NCBI GenBank assembly: GCA_964534125.1
Contig: CAZHOJ010000003.1
Coordinates: 265,188 to 329,187 of the forward strand
Length of the DNA: 64,000 bases
Reading direction: 5' to 3'
Source of the DNA: an uncultured Ignavibacteriaceae bacterium
GTDB lineage: Bacteria > Bacteroidota > Ignavibacteria > UBA10030
The notes under the pieces are model-generated. The model was not told the DNA's origin. It did not search any database and was given only the letters and a program-made list of their open reading frames with translations. Shown in pieces: positions 35,700-45,668 of the stretch. A program made the position numbers and the translations under genes. Numbering within the stretch: the first letter of the stretch is position 1; the number at the start of each line of letters is the position of its first letter.

Positions 35700-36175
35700 A
35701 GAAAAAGGCGATCCCCGCTAAAAGCATGCGGGGATGACATAGGAGCAGGCCAGCGATTCCCCGCCAAACAACTGGCGCCAGCTCGAACGCCACAGACGGG
35801 CGGAGGCGGGCATACGTGAGGCATGCAGGAATGACGGAGGTCGGGAATGGCATGAGTTCTTGATGACATTGAAGGAAGCCCACCAAGCCCCACGTCACCC
35901 CTGCCTGCCCTGACGGTCAGTCAGGCAGGCCGTCACGTGGTTAGACGGGGTCGCCATTGTGGGACCTTCCTTCAGGGAAGGCGATTCCACGCCACAAAGA
36001 CGGCGTGCAGGCCACTAGAAGCATGTGGGAATGACGCACGTCGGGGTTGGCTGGAGTCCTTCGGAACTATGATCGATGTTCACCCCGACCTCCGTCACCC
36101 CCGCCCGACCGGCGTGGTCGCGACGGGCGGGGGCGGGCACTCCGGCAGGCAGGCCGACGAACGTCGGGATCTCAG
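35700..36175. repeat. Array of GC-rich palindromic modules (M = GCATG[CT][GA]GG[GA]ATGAC, H = CGTCACCCC[CT]GCC.. hairpin)
   Basis: M at 35724, 35821 and 36021. H at 35893 and 36093. GGCAGGC/GCCTGCC stems. No credible ORF. Confidence 0.7.
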
Positions 36176-36263
36176 TGACCAGCGTCTGTGGATGTCGATC
36201 GGATGGATCATGAATCATTCGCTTGCGCGAATGTCCAGGATAACAAAGGAGAGCGAGAATACC

Positions 36264-36656
36264 CTATTGCGCCTCGACAGGTACTACAGCTTCACGCCAA
36301 TCGGCTGTCGTCTTCACGAGCCGCTCCGCGAGCATGAGCATCATCTTCCTGGCAAGCTCAGGATATTCCTTGATCAGCTCATCGAGGCTCACTCTGATGT
36401 GAAGAAGGATCGTCGGTTCCTGGGCGATGAGGGTGGCCGTGCGGGGAATGTTGAGGAGGAAGCCGAGCTCACCGATGACCGTGCCGATCTTCGAGATCTC
36501 TGCGACCGTGAGGTCGCTCTTGAAAACACCCACCTTGCCCGAGAGGAGCACATACCATCCGTCGGTCTTGTCCCCTTCACGGAGGATGATGTCGCCCGGG
36601 TTGAAGTAGCGTTTGCCCGACGGCAGTTTGGCGTATTCGGAGATGTCGGTGGCCAT
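36264..36656 (-). CDS. Stand-alone cyclic-nucleotide-binding domain protein
   Basis: 130 aa. FNPGDIILREGD.., GTVIGELGFLLNIPRTATLIA (the phosphate-binding-cassette-like G-E-L..R-T-A). No DNA-binding domain. Confidence 0.8.
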   Translation of the reverse strand: MATDISEYAKLPSGKRYFNPGDIILREGDKTDGWYVLLSGKVGVFKSDLTVAEISKIGTVIGELGFLLNIPRTATLIAQEPTILLHIRVSLDELIKEYPELARKMMLMLAERLVKTTADWREAVVPVEAQ

Positions 36657-36989
36657 GGCAGCGTCTTATGAGGATCGGAGGAGAGAGACGAACACTCTCC
36701 TCACATGACGAGCGCAACGATGTGCATGCTCGCGCACGACACAAAAATGCATCGACGACGCCTGATTTGCTATGGGTGCCATCATGTTTTTCCGTTAGAA
36801 AATTCTTAGCTGCCTGGCTGCCTCTTTTCTGAATGCATGGATTTCTCAGAAATAGGGCCTCCCTGCCGCCGCGATATTCTCTCTGCCCCCTGCATCCTCT
36901 CTCAATGGCCATCGTAGTATGAGGGTGCACGAAAGATCGTGCGTCTCCCCATAGGTCCCCAGGACATGGGGATCGTGCCCCACTCCCAA

Positions 36990-37156
36990 TAGCAGGCTGC
37001 GGAAAAAGTCAGCCAAGTAGGTTTCGCGCAGCGCTCGCAGCGGGAGCAGCGAACGCAACGATCAAAATATCATCAAAAACCGTGGCGTGCGTGGCATATT
37101 TGACATTCCCTGACCGTCGCGGTCGTTGCGCGAAATGTTTTTCCGCAAGCTCATAG
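36990..37156 (+). mobile_element. MITE-like 167-bp element R1, copy 1
   Basis: Imperfect terminal inverted repeats TAGCAGGCTGCGGAAAAA / TTTTTCCGCAAGCTCATAG. The arms are internally self-complementary. No coding capacity. It ends 20 nt before ATG 37176. Confidence 0.7.
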
Positions 37157-37175
37157 TGTATGGAGGCCTAGGATC

Positions 37176-39317
37176 ATGAAAAAAAGAGCTCTTGTCGGAT
37201 CAGGCGTATGCCTGGGTCTTTCTATCATCAGTGGATTGGTCACATATCAGCTCTCTGACATCCCGTTCGGCACTGCCTTCAGCATCAGCTTCCACCTCAC
37301 ATTCCTTTGTCTCTCCTTCGCCCTCTTCGGGCTGGCGTTCGTCCTGTGCCTTTCGGAACGAGTATGGATCCGGTCGATAGGGATCATCCCTGCAGTTCTG
37401 GGCCTTGGAATTCTTGTCGTCCAGATAGCGGTACAGGCGGACCCACGGGTGATCCATTACAGGGGAATCCCCCCTTCGCCGACGGCTCAGGAGTGGCAGG
37501 AGGATGCACGATTCCTCGTCGGGGAAATGGAAGCGAAGCATGCCGATCTGTTCGCTCTTGTGGACCGTACGCTCTGGGACTCGGTCACAGCAGACGCCGT
37601 GTCACGCATCCCCTCCCTGTCCGAAGCCGGGATCCTGATGGAACTCACCCGCATCGTGGGCCTGCCGAAGGATGGCCACACCTTCCCGTTCATCATGGCG
37701 CCATGCTTCAGGCTCCACAGCTTTCCCGTCGTGTTGTATGGCTTTCCCGAGGGATGGTATGTTGTCAAAACGGGGAGAGGCCTGAACGACCTCGTGGGAG
37801 CAAAGCTGCTCTCTGTCGGCGGGCGTGATATAGAGGATATCTTCGAGACCTGCTCTCAGCTGATCGCCTGGGAAAATGAACAGTCGCGACGGGAGCACTT
37901 CACCTACATGATCACCATGGCGGAGTGGCTCACGTATCATGGGCTCATCGATGATGTTGACGAGGCCACGTTCACCTTTCTGACGGCGGATGGAGACACG
38001 GCGGTCCGCACGATATCGTCCGTCGATTTCTGGCCGCAGTTCCTCTGGACAGGCGTGTTCCCGATCGCCAACGATGCACCACCGGTCTTCACGAATTCCC
38101 GGGAGGATGCCTATACGTTCAGAACGCTCGATGACGGGAAGGCGCTGTACGTACAGTTCAATCAATGCATCGATCAGCCGGGACGGGAGACGGCGAAGGA
38201 CTTCGCTCTTGAGGTGGAACGATATCTCGATGACCATCCGGTGGAACGCTGCATCATCGATCTCCGGAACAACGACGGAGGCCAGAGGGTCTACACGGAG
38301 CTCCTGCGGGTCATTCGTGACAATCCCTCGATCGATCGGCGCGGTCATCTGTTCGTCCTGACCGGCCGCCGCACATTCTCCGCCGCGGTGATGTTCTCGA
38401 CGGAGATCCAGCTGCAGACAAATGCCCTGTTAGTCGGAGAACCGACAGGGCAAGGACCGATCTTCTATTCGAGGCCGCGACTCACGGAATTGCCACACTC
38501 GGGGCTGAAGTTCGCGATATCGGGATACCACAATATTGCCGGTCTCCCGTTCGATACAAGAGAGGCAATCGAGCCCGACATTGCCGTGCCGTATGGCATC
38601 GACGATTTTCTTTCGGGACGTGATCCTGTCATGACCGCTGCACTCACCTATCAGGAACCTGCCGCACCTGTCGCAGGCAGATCGCAAACCGGCAGCTGGC
38701 GCATTGCGGGGAGATATCAGAAGGACGAGACCATGCTCCTTGAGGTCTCTGAGCAGAATGGAACATTGTCCTGCAGGGTGACCGACGCTCTCCCGAACAC
38801 ATCGGCACTATTCCTGTCCGCTCTGCGGGCATCGGACGACGGATCCTACGCCACAAGATTGCCCGACGTCTCGCTCCGGTTCGGGATGAACCGCTCGGGG
38901 GATCCTGTGCATGCAACGCTCCACTGGATGGGAGAAGAGGTCAGATTCCTGCGGGCAGATGATGCGTATCAGATACCGTTCGAACGATTTGCGGAGAGCG
39001 ACATCGCGGGAGGATGTTCCATGATACGCGCAGACGCCGAACGATACATGCGACTCTATCCCAACCTTGAATTTGTCCTGAATCAGCTGGGATATCAGTA
39101 CCTGCGAGGCGGGGAGACGCCGGAAGCACTACAGGTGTTCCTGCTGAACGTCGAGCTGTATCCCCTCTCCTCGAATGTGTACGACAGCTACGGCGAAGCA
39201 CTGATGGTGAACGACCAGATCGACAGTTCGATCGCAAGCTACACCAGGTCGCTGGAGCTCAATCCGGACAATGACAATGCTGCTCGCGTAATAGAACGCT
39301 TGCGCGAACTGCAATAG
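37176..39317 (+). CDS. Membrane-anchored peptidase S41-like protein with a C-terminal TPR region
   Basis: Three N-terminal TMs, DLRNNDGGQ .. TGRRTFSAAVMF (S41-type Ser region), and a TPR-like tail (..YDSYGEALMVNDQIDSSIASYTRSLELNPDN). Confidence 0.7.
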   Translation: MKKRALVGSGVCLGLSIISGLVTYQLSDIPFGTAFSISFHLTFLCLSFALFGLAFVLCLSERVWIRSIGIIPAVLGLGILVVQIAVQADPRVIHYRGIPPSPTAQEWQEDARFLVGEMEAKHADLFALVDRTLWDSVTADAVSRIPSLSEAGILMELTRIVGLPKDGHTFPFIMAPCFRLHSFPVVLYGFPEGWYVVKTGRGLNDLVGAKLLSVGGRDIEDIFETCSQLIAWENEQSRREHFTYMITMAEWLTYHGLIDDVDEATFTFLTADGDTAVRTISSVDFWPQFLWTGVFPIANDAPPVFTNSREDAYTFRTLDDGKALYVQFNQCIDQPGRETAKDFALEVERYLDDHPVERCIIDLRNNDGGQRVYTELLRVIRDNPSIDRRGHLFVLTGRRTFSAAVMFSTEIQLQTNALLVGEPTGQGPIFYSRPRLTELPHSGLKFAISGYHNIAGLPFDTREAIEPDIAVPYGIDDFLSGRDPVMTAALTYQEPAAPVAGRSQTGSWRIAGRYQKDETMLLEVSEQNGTLSCRVTDALPNTSALFLSALRASDDGSYATRLPDVSLRFGMNRSGDPVHATLHWMGEEVRFLRADDAYQIPFERFAESDIAGGCSMIRADAERYMRLYPNLEFVLNQLGYQYLRGGETPEALQVFLLNVELYPLSSNVYDSYGEALMVNDQIDSSIASYTRSLELNPDNDNAARVIERLRELQ

Positions 39318-39343
39318 ATCAGCGAGGATGTGAATCTAAGAAG

Positions 39344-39378
39344 ACAGCCCGGGTGATCGCCCGGGCTGTTCGTTTGTT
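39344..39378 (+). terminator. Intrinsic terminator
   Basis: ACAGCCCGGG, a 6-nt loop, CCCGGGCTGT, then TCGTTTGTT. Confidence 0.75.
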
Positions 39379-39536
39379 CGAACTCGGTGTGGCCAGAAGC
39401 CATCACAAAAAAGCCTCTCGCAAAAAGCGCAAAGACGAGAATGGAATCAGGAACACTCCATCACACTGGGCCTGGCGAACTCGGCGGTCTTTGCGAGAGT
39501 CAGTTTCCAGTTGTTCTTGCTTGTTGAGACGGGCCC

Positions 39537-39702
39537 TAGCAGGCTGCGGAAAAATCCCCTTGGGAAGGTTTCGCGCGGCGCTCGCAACGTTGGCGACGAA
39601 CGCAACGATCACATAGTTATCAAAAACGTAGCGTGCGTGGCATATTTGACCTTCTTTGACCGTTGCGCTCGCTGCGAGAAATATTTTTCCGCAAGCTCCT
39701 AG
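39537..39702 (+). mobile_element. MITE-like element R1, copy 2
   Basis: Same ends and core as copy 1 (long identical runs such as GCGTGCGTGGCATATTTGAC). Its right end supplies the TAG stop of the convergent galM-like gene. Confidence 0.7.
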
Positions 39703-40841
39703 TCCATCAGACCGAACCGATAGACCGTTTCCTGCGTGTAATCCTCTCCCGGCCGCAGCACAGTCGGAGCGAAGGACGGCTGGTTGGGGGAATCCGGATA
39801 GTGCTGGGCCTCGAGACAGAAGCCGTAATATTTCTTGTATGAGATACCGTTCTTCCCGGCGATGCTTCCGTCCAGGAAATTCCCGCTGTAGAACTGCAGG
39901 CCGGGCTCGGTCGTCCAGACCTCCATCACCCTCCCGCTCGCCGACTCGGTCACCTCCGCAGCCAGTTCAAGCCCCTTCCCCTTCCTGGTCAGGACAAAGT
40001 TGTGGTCGTACCCGCCTTTGACATTGGCGATCCTCGCCCCGATCTCCTCCGCCTGCCGGAAATCGAACGGAGTGCCCTTCACGCTCTCGACCTTGCCTGT
40101 CGGGATGAGCACCTCATTGACTGGCGTATAGGCGTCCGCATGGATCATCATCTCATGTCCCAGAACGTCCCCTGCGGCGGGCCCCGCGAGATTGAAATAG
40201 CTGTGATGCGTGAGGTTCACGATCGTCGATTTGTCAGTCGTCGCAGCATACAGGATGCGAAGCTCGTTCTTCGTCGTCACCACATATGAGACGGTCACAC
40301 GAAGCTCTCCGGGATAGCCCTGTTCGCCGTCAGCGCTGACATATGTCAGGGTAAGAGCGACGGAGTCCCGCCCCTTCAGCGGAGTGGCCTTCCACACAAC
40401 TTTGTCGAACCCGCGTATGCCACCGTGGAGGTGGTTCTGCCCATCGTTGATTGTGAGCTGGTATCGCTCCCCGTCGAGCGTGAAGGCCCCCTTGGCGATG
40501 CGGTTCCCGTACCTGCCGACGAGGCAGCCGAAATAGGGATTCGCACCGAGGTAACCGCCAAGACTGTCGAATCCCAGCACGACATCTCCGGATACCCCCG
40601 CTCGGTCCGGCACCGACAGCTCAGTGACCGCTCCGCCGTAGGTGGTGATCTTCACCGTCATCGATCCGTTCGTCAGCGTGTACAATGCCACGGCCTCGCC
40701 CTCCGGGGTCTTGCCGTATGATTCTTCAGAGATGTTCAATGTCGGTTCCTCCTTCGTACTGCAGGCGATGAGCATTCCCAGAGCGAGCACGAGCATCAGT
40801 GTGCTCATACGATGCGAGCGTGACATCATACCAGTCCTCAT
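39699..40841 (-). CDS. galM: Aldose 1-epimerase (galactose mutarotase), lipoprotein-type signal
   Basis: NHLHGGIRGFDKVVW, HHSYFNL, GFCLEAQHYPDSPN. Lipobox LIACS. The start among Met31/35/36/42 of the ORF is uncertain. Confidence 0.85.
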   Translation of the reverse strand: MRTGMMSRSHRMSTLMLVLALGMLIACSTKEEPTLNISEESYGKTPEGEAVALYTLTNGSMTVKITTYGGAVTELSVPDRAGVSGDVVLGFDSLGGYLGANPYFGCLVGRYGNRIAKGAFTLDGERYQLTINDGQNHLHGGIRGFDKVVWKATPLKGRDSVALTLTYVSADGEQGYPGELRVTVSYVVTTKNELRILYAATTDKSTIVNLTHHSYFNLAGPAAGDVLGHEMMIHADAYTPVNEVLIPTGKVESVKGTPFDFRQAEEIGARIANVKGGYDHNFVLTRKGKGLELAAEVTESASGRVMEVWTTEPGLQFYSGNFLDGSIAGKNGISYKKYYGFCLEAQHYPDSPNQPSFAPTVLRPGEDYTQETVYRFGLMD

Positions 40842-40881
40842 GCGAGTGGTTCTGTCGCTACGACAAGATACCTCCTGCCGT

Positions 40882-43260
40882 TCAATCAGAATGCCTCCGG
40901 ACCGTCCGGACGTCGAACACCGGTCCGGCAAAGGCGTTCGGCTGGCAGAAGAATCCCACGGTGACCTCTTTCTTTCCGCGGGTCAGATCATACGGGACCG
41001 GATACTCCTTCCGGGTGAATTCCGGAGGGGAGCCGGTGAGATCCTCGGAAGCTATTGCCTTGCCGTCTACAGAGACCTCGAAACGACGGTCCGGCCCCTC
41101 GCTTCCTCTATAGGTGCACACGATCGTCATAGGAACCTCAGGGTCGACGGCCAGCACGTAGCTGAACCGTCCGGCTGCGGCCTCCCGACCTTTCCGGTTG
41201 TCATACCAGTGATCCCGCGACCCAGTACCCTCCAGCCCGTGGCCGATCTCATCTGAGCGAACATGCACATCGACACGATCGATCGTATGCTTCTCAATGC
41301 CAGCCCATTTTTCGCTCCGCTTCCGCAGGGTTCCGGTATAGGCAGCAAACGCTTTGCCGTCCATGATACGCCAGTAGACAGTATACCGACGATGGTGGAT
41401 CTCATGGAACGGGAGGAGATCCATGCTCGCCGGATGATCCGCATCCCGGTCCGCGACGAACGCCTCGGCACGTCTGTCGGCATAGAGCAGTGTCCGCACA
41501 TCGGTCGCACCCGGTGCCACCAGGACAGGCAACTCTGCCGGTGTCAAGGACGGGAACGCCGGTGCTTCCGGTCCGTATTCCGTCGTCCGCCCGATCCCCT
41601 CCGCACCCAGATCGCCCGCCAGGACGATGGGACCTTTCAGGAATGCCACGACCGCCGGATCATCGGGCATCGGCTCGACGGAAACGGTCATTGGATAAAC
41701 GAGTTCCACAACGTCACCGGACGTCCATCCACGGACGATCGAAAGATACGAACCTGGTCGCAACGATTCTTCCCATCGGGCACCGTTCACCGTCACCATA
41801 GCTCCCGATGTTGCCCATGCTGGGACGCGAACCCTGAGGCTGAATGTCCCCGACGGTGCCGCGGCCATGACGAGCCTGATGCCATCGGTGCGGGGAAATT
41901 GCGTTTCCTGCCGTAGCACCACCCCCTTGTCTCTCCACCGGACCTCGGATGGCACAAAAAGGTTGACCAGAAGGGAGTGTTCGTCGTGCATGTAGATCGC
42001 TTCGACGAACCGTTCCGGATTCTCCATCCCTGTACCGACGCAGCACCAGAAAGAGGAATGCGGGGTCGAGTACGTCTTGTACGCCCCCGGCTTCAGCGAT
42101 ATATAGTAGCAGTACATTCCCGTTGCCGGGTCCTGCGATGCCAGGATATGGTTGTACAGCACACGCTCGAAGAACTCCATATACCTGGCCTCGGGAGCAT
42201 GGCAGAACAAGGCACGGGTGAGCTTCAGCATATTGTAGCTGTTGCATGTCTCTGTGGTCGCCGCACCCAGGTTATATGCCATCTGCCCGACGGGCGTGAA
42301 GTGCTCGTCATTCGTGTTCCCGCCGATGACATACGACCGGTGGTTCACAACCCGTTCCCAGAAGAAGGACGCGATATCGAAGTATCGTTTCTCACCGGTG
42401 AGTTCGTGTTCGCGCATCGCACCGATCATCTTTGGGATCTGGGTGTTCCCATGAAGGCCGTCGAGTGAATCCACGCCCCGGGAAAGGGGTCCGAAGACCA
42501 CTTCGTGATCGAACATCCCGGCAAGCCGGAGATGGTCCGGATCGGCAGTAACGGAATAGAGCTGAGCAAGGATATCGTTCATGCCACCGAACTCGGTCTG
42601 CAGCATTGCCTGCTGCTGCTCCTTCGTGAGGCGATCCATGCGGAACCGGACCCACTCCGCCATTGCGCTCACCATATCCAGCGCATCGTTGCTGCCGCAA
42701 TACAGATACATGTCGAGAAGGCCGGCCATGATCTTGTGAAGCGTATAGTACGGGGCCCACACTCGCTTCCGATGCTCGACCCTGTCGATGAACTCCTCCG
42801 GAAAGGCGGAGAGATAGCCGGGGTATGTGGCACTGTCGGCCAATGCTTTCTGCACCTTCTGAAGTTCGCCAACGATGTATGCACCGCGGTCTTTGAACCG
42901 CTCGTCGGCCGTGTTCGCATACATGAGCGCACACGCCGTCAGGTAATGTCCGATCGTATGGCCACGAACCTCGATGTTCGGCGCCTCCCACCCTTCGAGC
43001 GGCGCAGCCGACGACGGCAGATCGGCATTGAGCCTGAATGTGTGGAGCAGACGGTCAGGGTCGAGCGCCAGAAGCACGCGTGCGGTGCGTTCCCGGGCCT
43101 CGAGGAACGGACTGTCGAGAAGGGTCACCTCGGAGTATCCGAACGGCAGCACCTTCGGAGCTGCTTTGTCGGGGACAGTGGCCGGGCGCTGGGGCTGAGC
43201 CATAAGGAGGGGACAGGAAAGAACAACGAAGAAGGAGAGAGAATGTCGAAAGATCTTCAT
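40882..43260 (-). CDS. DUF1680 glycoside hydrolase (GH127/GH146-type beta-L-arabinofuranosidase-like)
   Basis: Signal peptide, HTIGHYLTA, and a FWCCVGTGMEN Cys-pair motif characteristic of the DUF1680 fold. Confidence 0.8.
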   Translation of the reverse strand: MKIFRHSLSFFVVLSCPLLMAQPQRPATVPDKAAPKVLPFGYSEVTLLDSPFLEARERTARVLLALDPDRLLHTFRLNADLPSSAAPLEGWEAPNIEVRGHTIGHYLTACALMYANTADERFKDRGAYIVGELQKVQKALADSATYPGYLSAFPEEFIDRVEHRKRVWAPYYTLHKIMAGLLDMYLYCGSNDALDMVSAMAEWVRFRMDRLTKEQQQAMLQTEFGGMNDILAQLYSVTADPDHLRLAGMFDHEVVFGPLSRGVDSLDGLHGNTQIPKMIGAMREHELTGEKRYFDIASFFWERVVNHRSYVIGGNTNDEHFTPVGQMAYNLGAATTETCNSYNMLKLTRALFCHAPEARYMEFFERVLYNHILASQDPATGMYCYYISLKPGAYKTYSTPHSSFWCCVGTGMENPERFVEAIYMHDEHSLLVNLFVPSEVRWRDKGVVLRQETQFPRTDGIRLVMAAAPSGTFSLRVRVPAWATSGAMVTVNGARWEESLRPGSYLSIVRGWTSGDVVELVYPMTVSVEPMPDDPAVVAFLKGPIVLAGDLGAEGIGRTTEYGPEAPAFPSLTPAELPVLVAPGATDVRTLLYADRRAEAFVADRDADHPASMDLLPFHEIHHRRYTVYWRIMDGKAFAAYTGTLRKRSEKWAGIEKHTIDRVDVHVRSDEIGHGLEGTGSRDHWYDNRKGREAAAGRFSYVLAVDPEVPMTIVCTYRGSEGPDRRFEVSVDGKAIASEDLTGSPPEFTRKEYPVPYDLTRGKKEVTVGFFCQPNAFAGPVFDVRTVRRHSD

Positions 43261-43262
43261 GC

Positions 43263-45668
43263 TCACTCCACCTTCCATTCATGAATGCCGGACGAGAAGG
43301 AATCCGGGAGGGCGACCTCTATCCGGAGGGCCATGGTCTTCACGGGCGAGAACCGCGTCACGTTGTAGACATCGGGATCCGTCCCGTATACCGACGGCTC
43401 GTCCACAGGCTTCCAGTCGTCACCGTCCCGATACGAGAGGGACCACGATTTCGGGACCCTGCATTCTCCGATGCCTGTGTCATCGTACCAATAGACCTGC
43501 ACGGAAGAGACCGTCGTCGGCTCTGCAAAGTCGTACTGGACCCACTCCGCTGTCCCTTTACGGGGCCACCAGTGCAGGTATCTGTACGTCCTGTCGATTG
43601 AACTCTTCGGCTCCCGCTGATCGTTGAGCGCTCCTGCGTCTCCTCCCGATGAGGAAGGCCGCGCTTCGGATGCAAGGGTCGGCGGCGGGACAGGCTCGGC
43701 CGCCCCTTCCGTCCGGGCAAGCCACACCTGCATCTCTCCTCTCCCCCTGTTGGCCCATGCGAAGTACGGGATAGCGTTCACTGCCGAAGCCTCACTGCGA
43801 ACAGTGCCATCAGTATTGCTGTAGCGTCCGCGAGCGGATGCCAGGATCGCCGGGATCCCGCCGAAGAGAGACGTCCGGAAATCGCACAGAAGGAACGCAT
43901 CGTCAGGCATCACGAGGTTTGTCACATGGCCGTCCTTTGTATCAACACCTTCGACACAGAAGACCAGCGGACCGCGCTGAAGAGCGATGCGCTCCCTGTT
44001 TGCCTCGACCTCATGTCTGCTCACGACCCTTCGGACCGCCATGGGGAGAACGAGTTCCACGATGTCGCCGCTGTGCCAGGACCGCTTCACGGCCGCGTAC
44101 CCTTTGTCGAGTGACAGCGGAACTGCGTCGCCATTCACCGTCAGCGTGGCGGTCTCATCGGAAGGCTCCAGGAACGAATACAGTCCGAGCGGTATCGTTT
44201 CACCCCGCGCCCATCCCGGAATGCGTACCTTCAGCGTGAACTCCTGGCCGGGTCGCTCTGGTTTGACCACGATGCGGACACCCCCCTCGTACGGATAGAA
44301 CGTGGCCACATCCAGGCGAACAGTCCCGGAGGGATGCGCAATCGTGACACCACCCTGTATGAAGAGGTTCAGATAGACGTGCTGTGCATCGAACGCATAT
44401 GCCTGCGCCGCCACCTGCGGGATGATACGTGCGATGTTCGGCGGACAGCATGCCACCGCAAACCACGGCGACCTGCTCATGCTGCCGTCTGATTCGAGCG
44501 GATTGTCGTAAAAAAATGTCCGGCCGCCATAACTGACACCGGAAAGGACACTATTATAGAGGGAGCGTTCGAGAACATCGACGTACTTGGCGTCGCCATG
44601 AAGCCGGAACATCCTGCCGTTCCACAGAACATTGGCGATCCCCGCGCACGTCTCGCAATACGCCGACCGGTTGGGCAACTGGAACGCCTCGGCAAATCCT
44701 TCATGCCCTCCTTCTGCCCCGATGCCGCCCGTCACATAGATCTTCTTCCCGACCACGTCGTCCCATAAACGGTCAAGCGCCCGGGCATATGCGGTGTCGC
44801 CGTAGAGCGCCACGATGTCCGCCATCCCTGCATACATATAGAGCGCCCGTACAGCGTGCCCGACCGCTTCTGCCTGCTCAACGACAGGCATGTGGTCCTG
44901 GTTGTACGTGCCGTAGAGTGCATGTCCATCGCTCCGGCCGCGCTCATCGAGAAAGAACTTTGCCAGCTCCGCATACTTCCTGTTCCCGGTCGTCCGATAG
45001 AGCTTCACGAGCCCGATCTCGATCTCCTGATGACCGGGAACGAGGCGGCTCTTTCCCGGACCGAACACCTCGAGGAGCAGGTCCGCACTCCTGATGGCCA
45101 CGTCCAGCAGGGTGCGCTTGCCGGTAGCCTTATAGTATGCGATGGCAGCCTCGTACATGTGCCCGAGGTCATACAATTCGTGGCTGTGGCGAACGCTGTC
45201 CCATCTCGTCGTACCGATATAGCGGGCGAAGCGATAATCGGGCGCTGTTGTCCTGCGGGGCGTGAACAGATAGCCGTCCGGTTCCTGCGCCGCCGCGATA
45301 GCCGAGATGATCGTATCGACGCGCGCCTCGAGGGACGGATCGGGATACATCGCAAGGACATACGCCGCCGCCTCGAGCGCCTTGTAGACATCGGAATCGT
45401 TGAACCACCATCCCTCGAAGTATCCCTCCTTGCGGCCTGCCGCTTTCAGGAAGTTATCGATGCGGCCGGTGGCCTCGCACTGGTCGAACAGGTGGGGCAC
45501 CGTCGCAGAAACGTTCGTGTCGAGGCGCGGGGACCAGAAGCCGTCGCTGACACGGACCGAACCCGGGGTAGAAAAGGTGATCGGGTATGTGCCGAGGTCC
45601 TGTGCGACAGAGAGCGTTGCGGGGATGGAGAGAAGGAGGAGAAGCTGTCTCATGTCCGGGTGCCTCAT
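43263..45668 (-). CDS. GH127-type beta-L-arabinofuranosidase-like protein with a C-terminal discoidin/F5-8-like module
   Basis: WFAVACCPPNIARI (the HypBA1-type CCPPN motif). The C-terminal ..WVQYDF..VQVYWYDD..WKVE is carbohydrate-binding-module-like. Confidence 0.8.
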   Translation of the reverse strand: MRHPDMRQLLLLLSIPATLSVAQDLGTYPITFSTPGSVRVSDGFWSPRLDTNVSATVPHLFDQCEATGRIDNFLKAAGRKEGYFEGWWFNDSDVYKALEAAAYVLAMYPDPSLEARVDTIISAIAAAQEPDGYLFTPRRTTAPDYRFARYIGTTRWDSVRHSHELYDLGHMYEAAIAYYKATGKRTLLDVAIRSADLLLEVFGPGKSRLVPGHQEIEIGLVKLYRTTGNRKYAELAKFFLDERGRSDGHALYGTYNQDHMPVVEQAEAVGHAVRALYMYAGMADIVALYGDTAYARALDRLWDDVVGKKIYVTGGIGAEGGHEGFAEAFQLPNRSAYCETCAGIANVLWNGRMFRLHGDAKYVDVLERSLYNSVLSGVSYGGRTFFYDNPLESDGSMSRSPWFAVACCPPNIARIIPQVAAQAYAFDAQHVYLNLFIQGGVTIAHPSGTVRLDVATFYPYEGGVRIVVKPERPGQEFTLKVRIPGWARGETIPLGLYSFLEPSDETATLTVNGDAVPLSLDKGYAAVKRSWHSGDIVELVLPMAVRRVVSRHEVEANRERIALQRGPLVFCVEGVDTKDGHVTNLVMPDDAFLLCDFRTSLFGGIPAILASARGRYSNTDGTVRSEASAVNAIPYFAWANRGRGEMQVWLARTEGAAEPVPPPTLASEARPSSSGGDAGALNDQREPKSSIDRTYRYLHWWPRKGTAEWVQYDFAEPTTVSSVQVYWYDDTGIGECRVPKSWSLSYRDGDDWKPVDEPSVYGTDPDVYNVTRFSPVKTMALRIEVALPDSFSSGIHEWKVE

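Noticed and set aside
35700-36175. A possible CRISPR array, given the repeated GC-rich units.
   Set aside because: The units differ in length and composition, there are no constant-length spacers, and no cas genes are in the window. It fits REP/BIME-like palindromic modules better.
35937-36671. A 244-aa plus-strand ORF spanning the repeat array and the cNMP-binding gene.
   Set aside because: It is antisense to a gene with a clear cNMP-binding signature, and its 5' half is repeat DNA.
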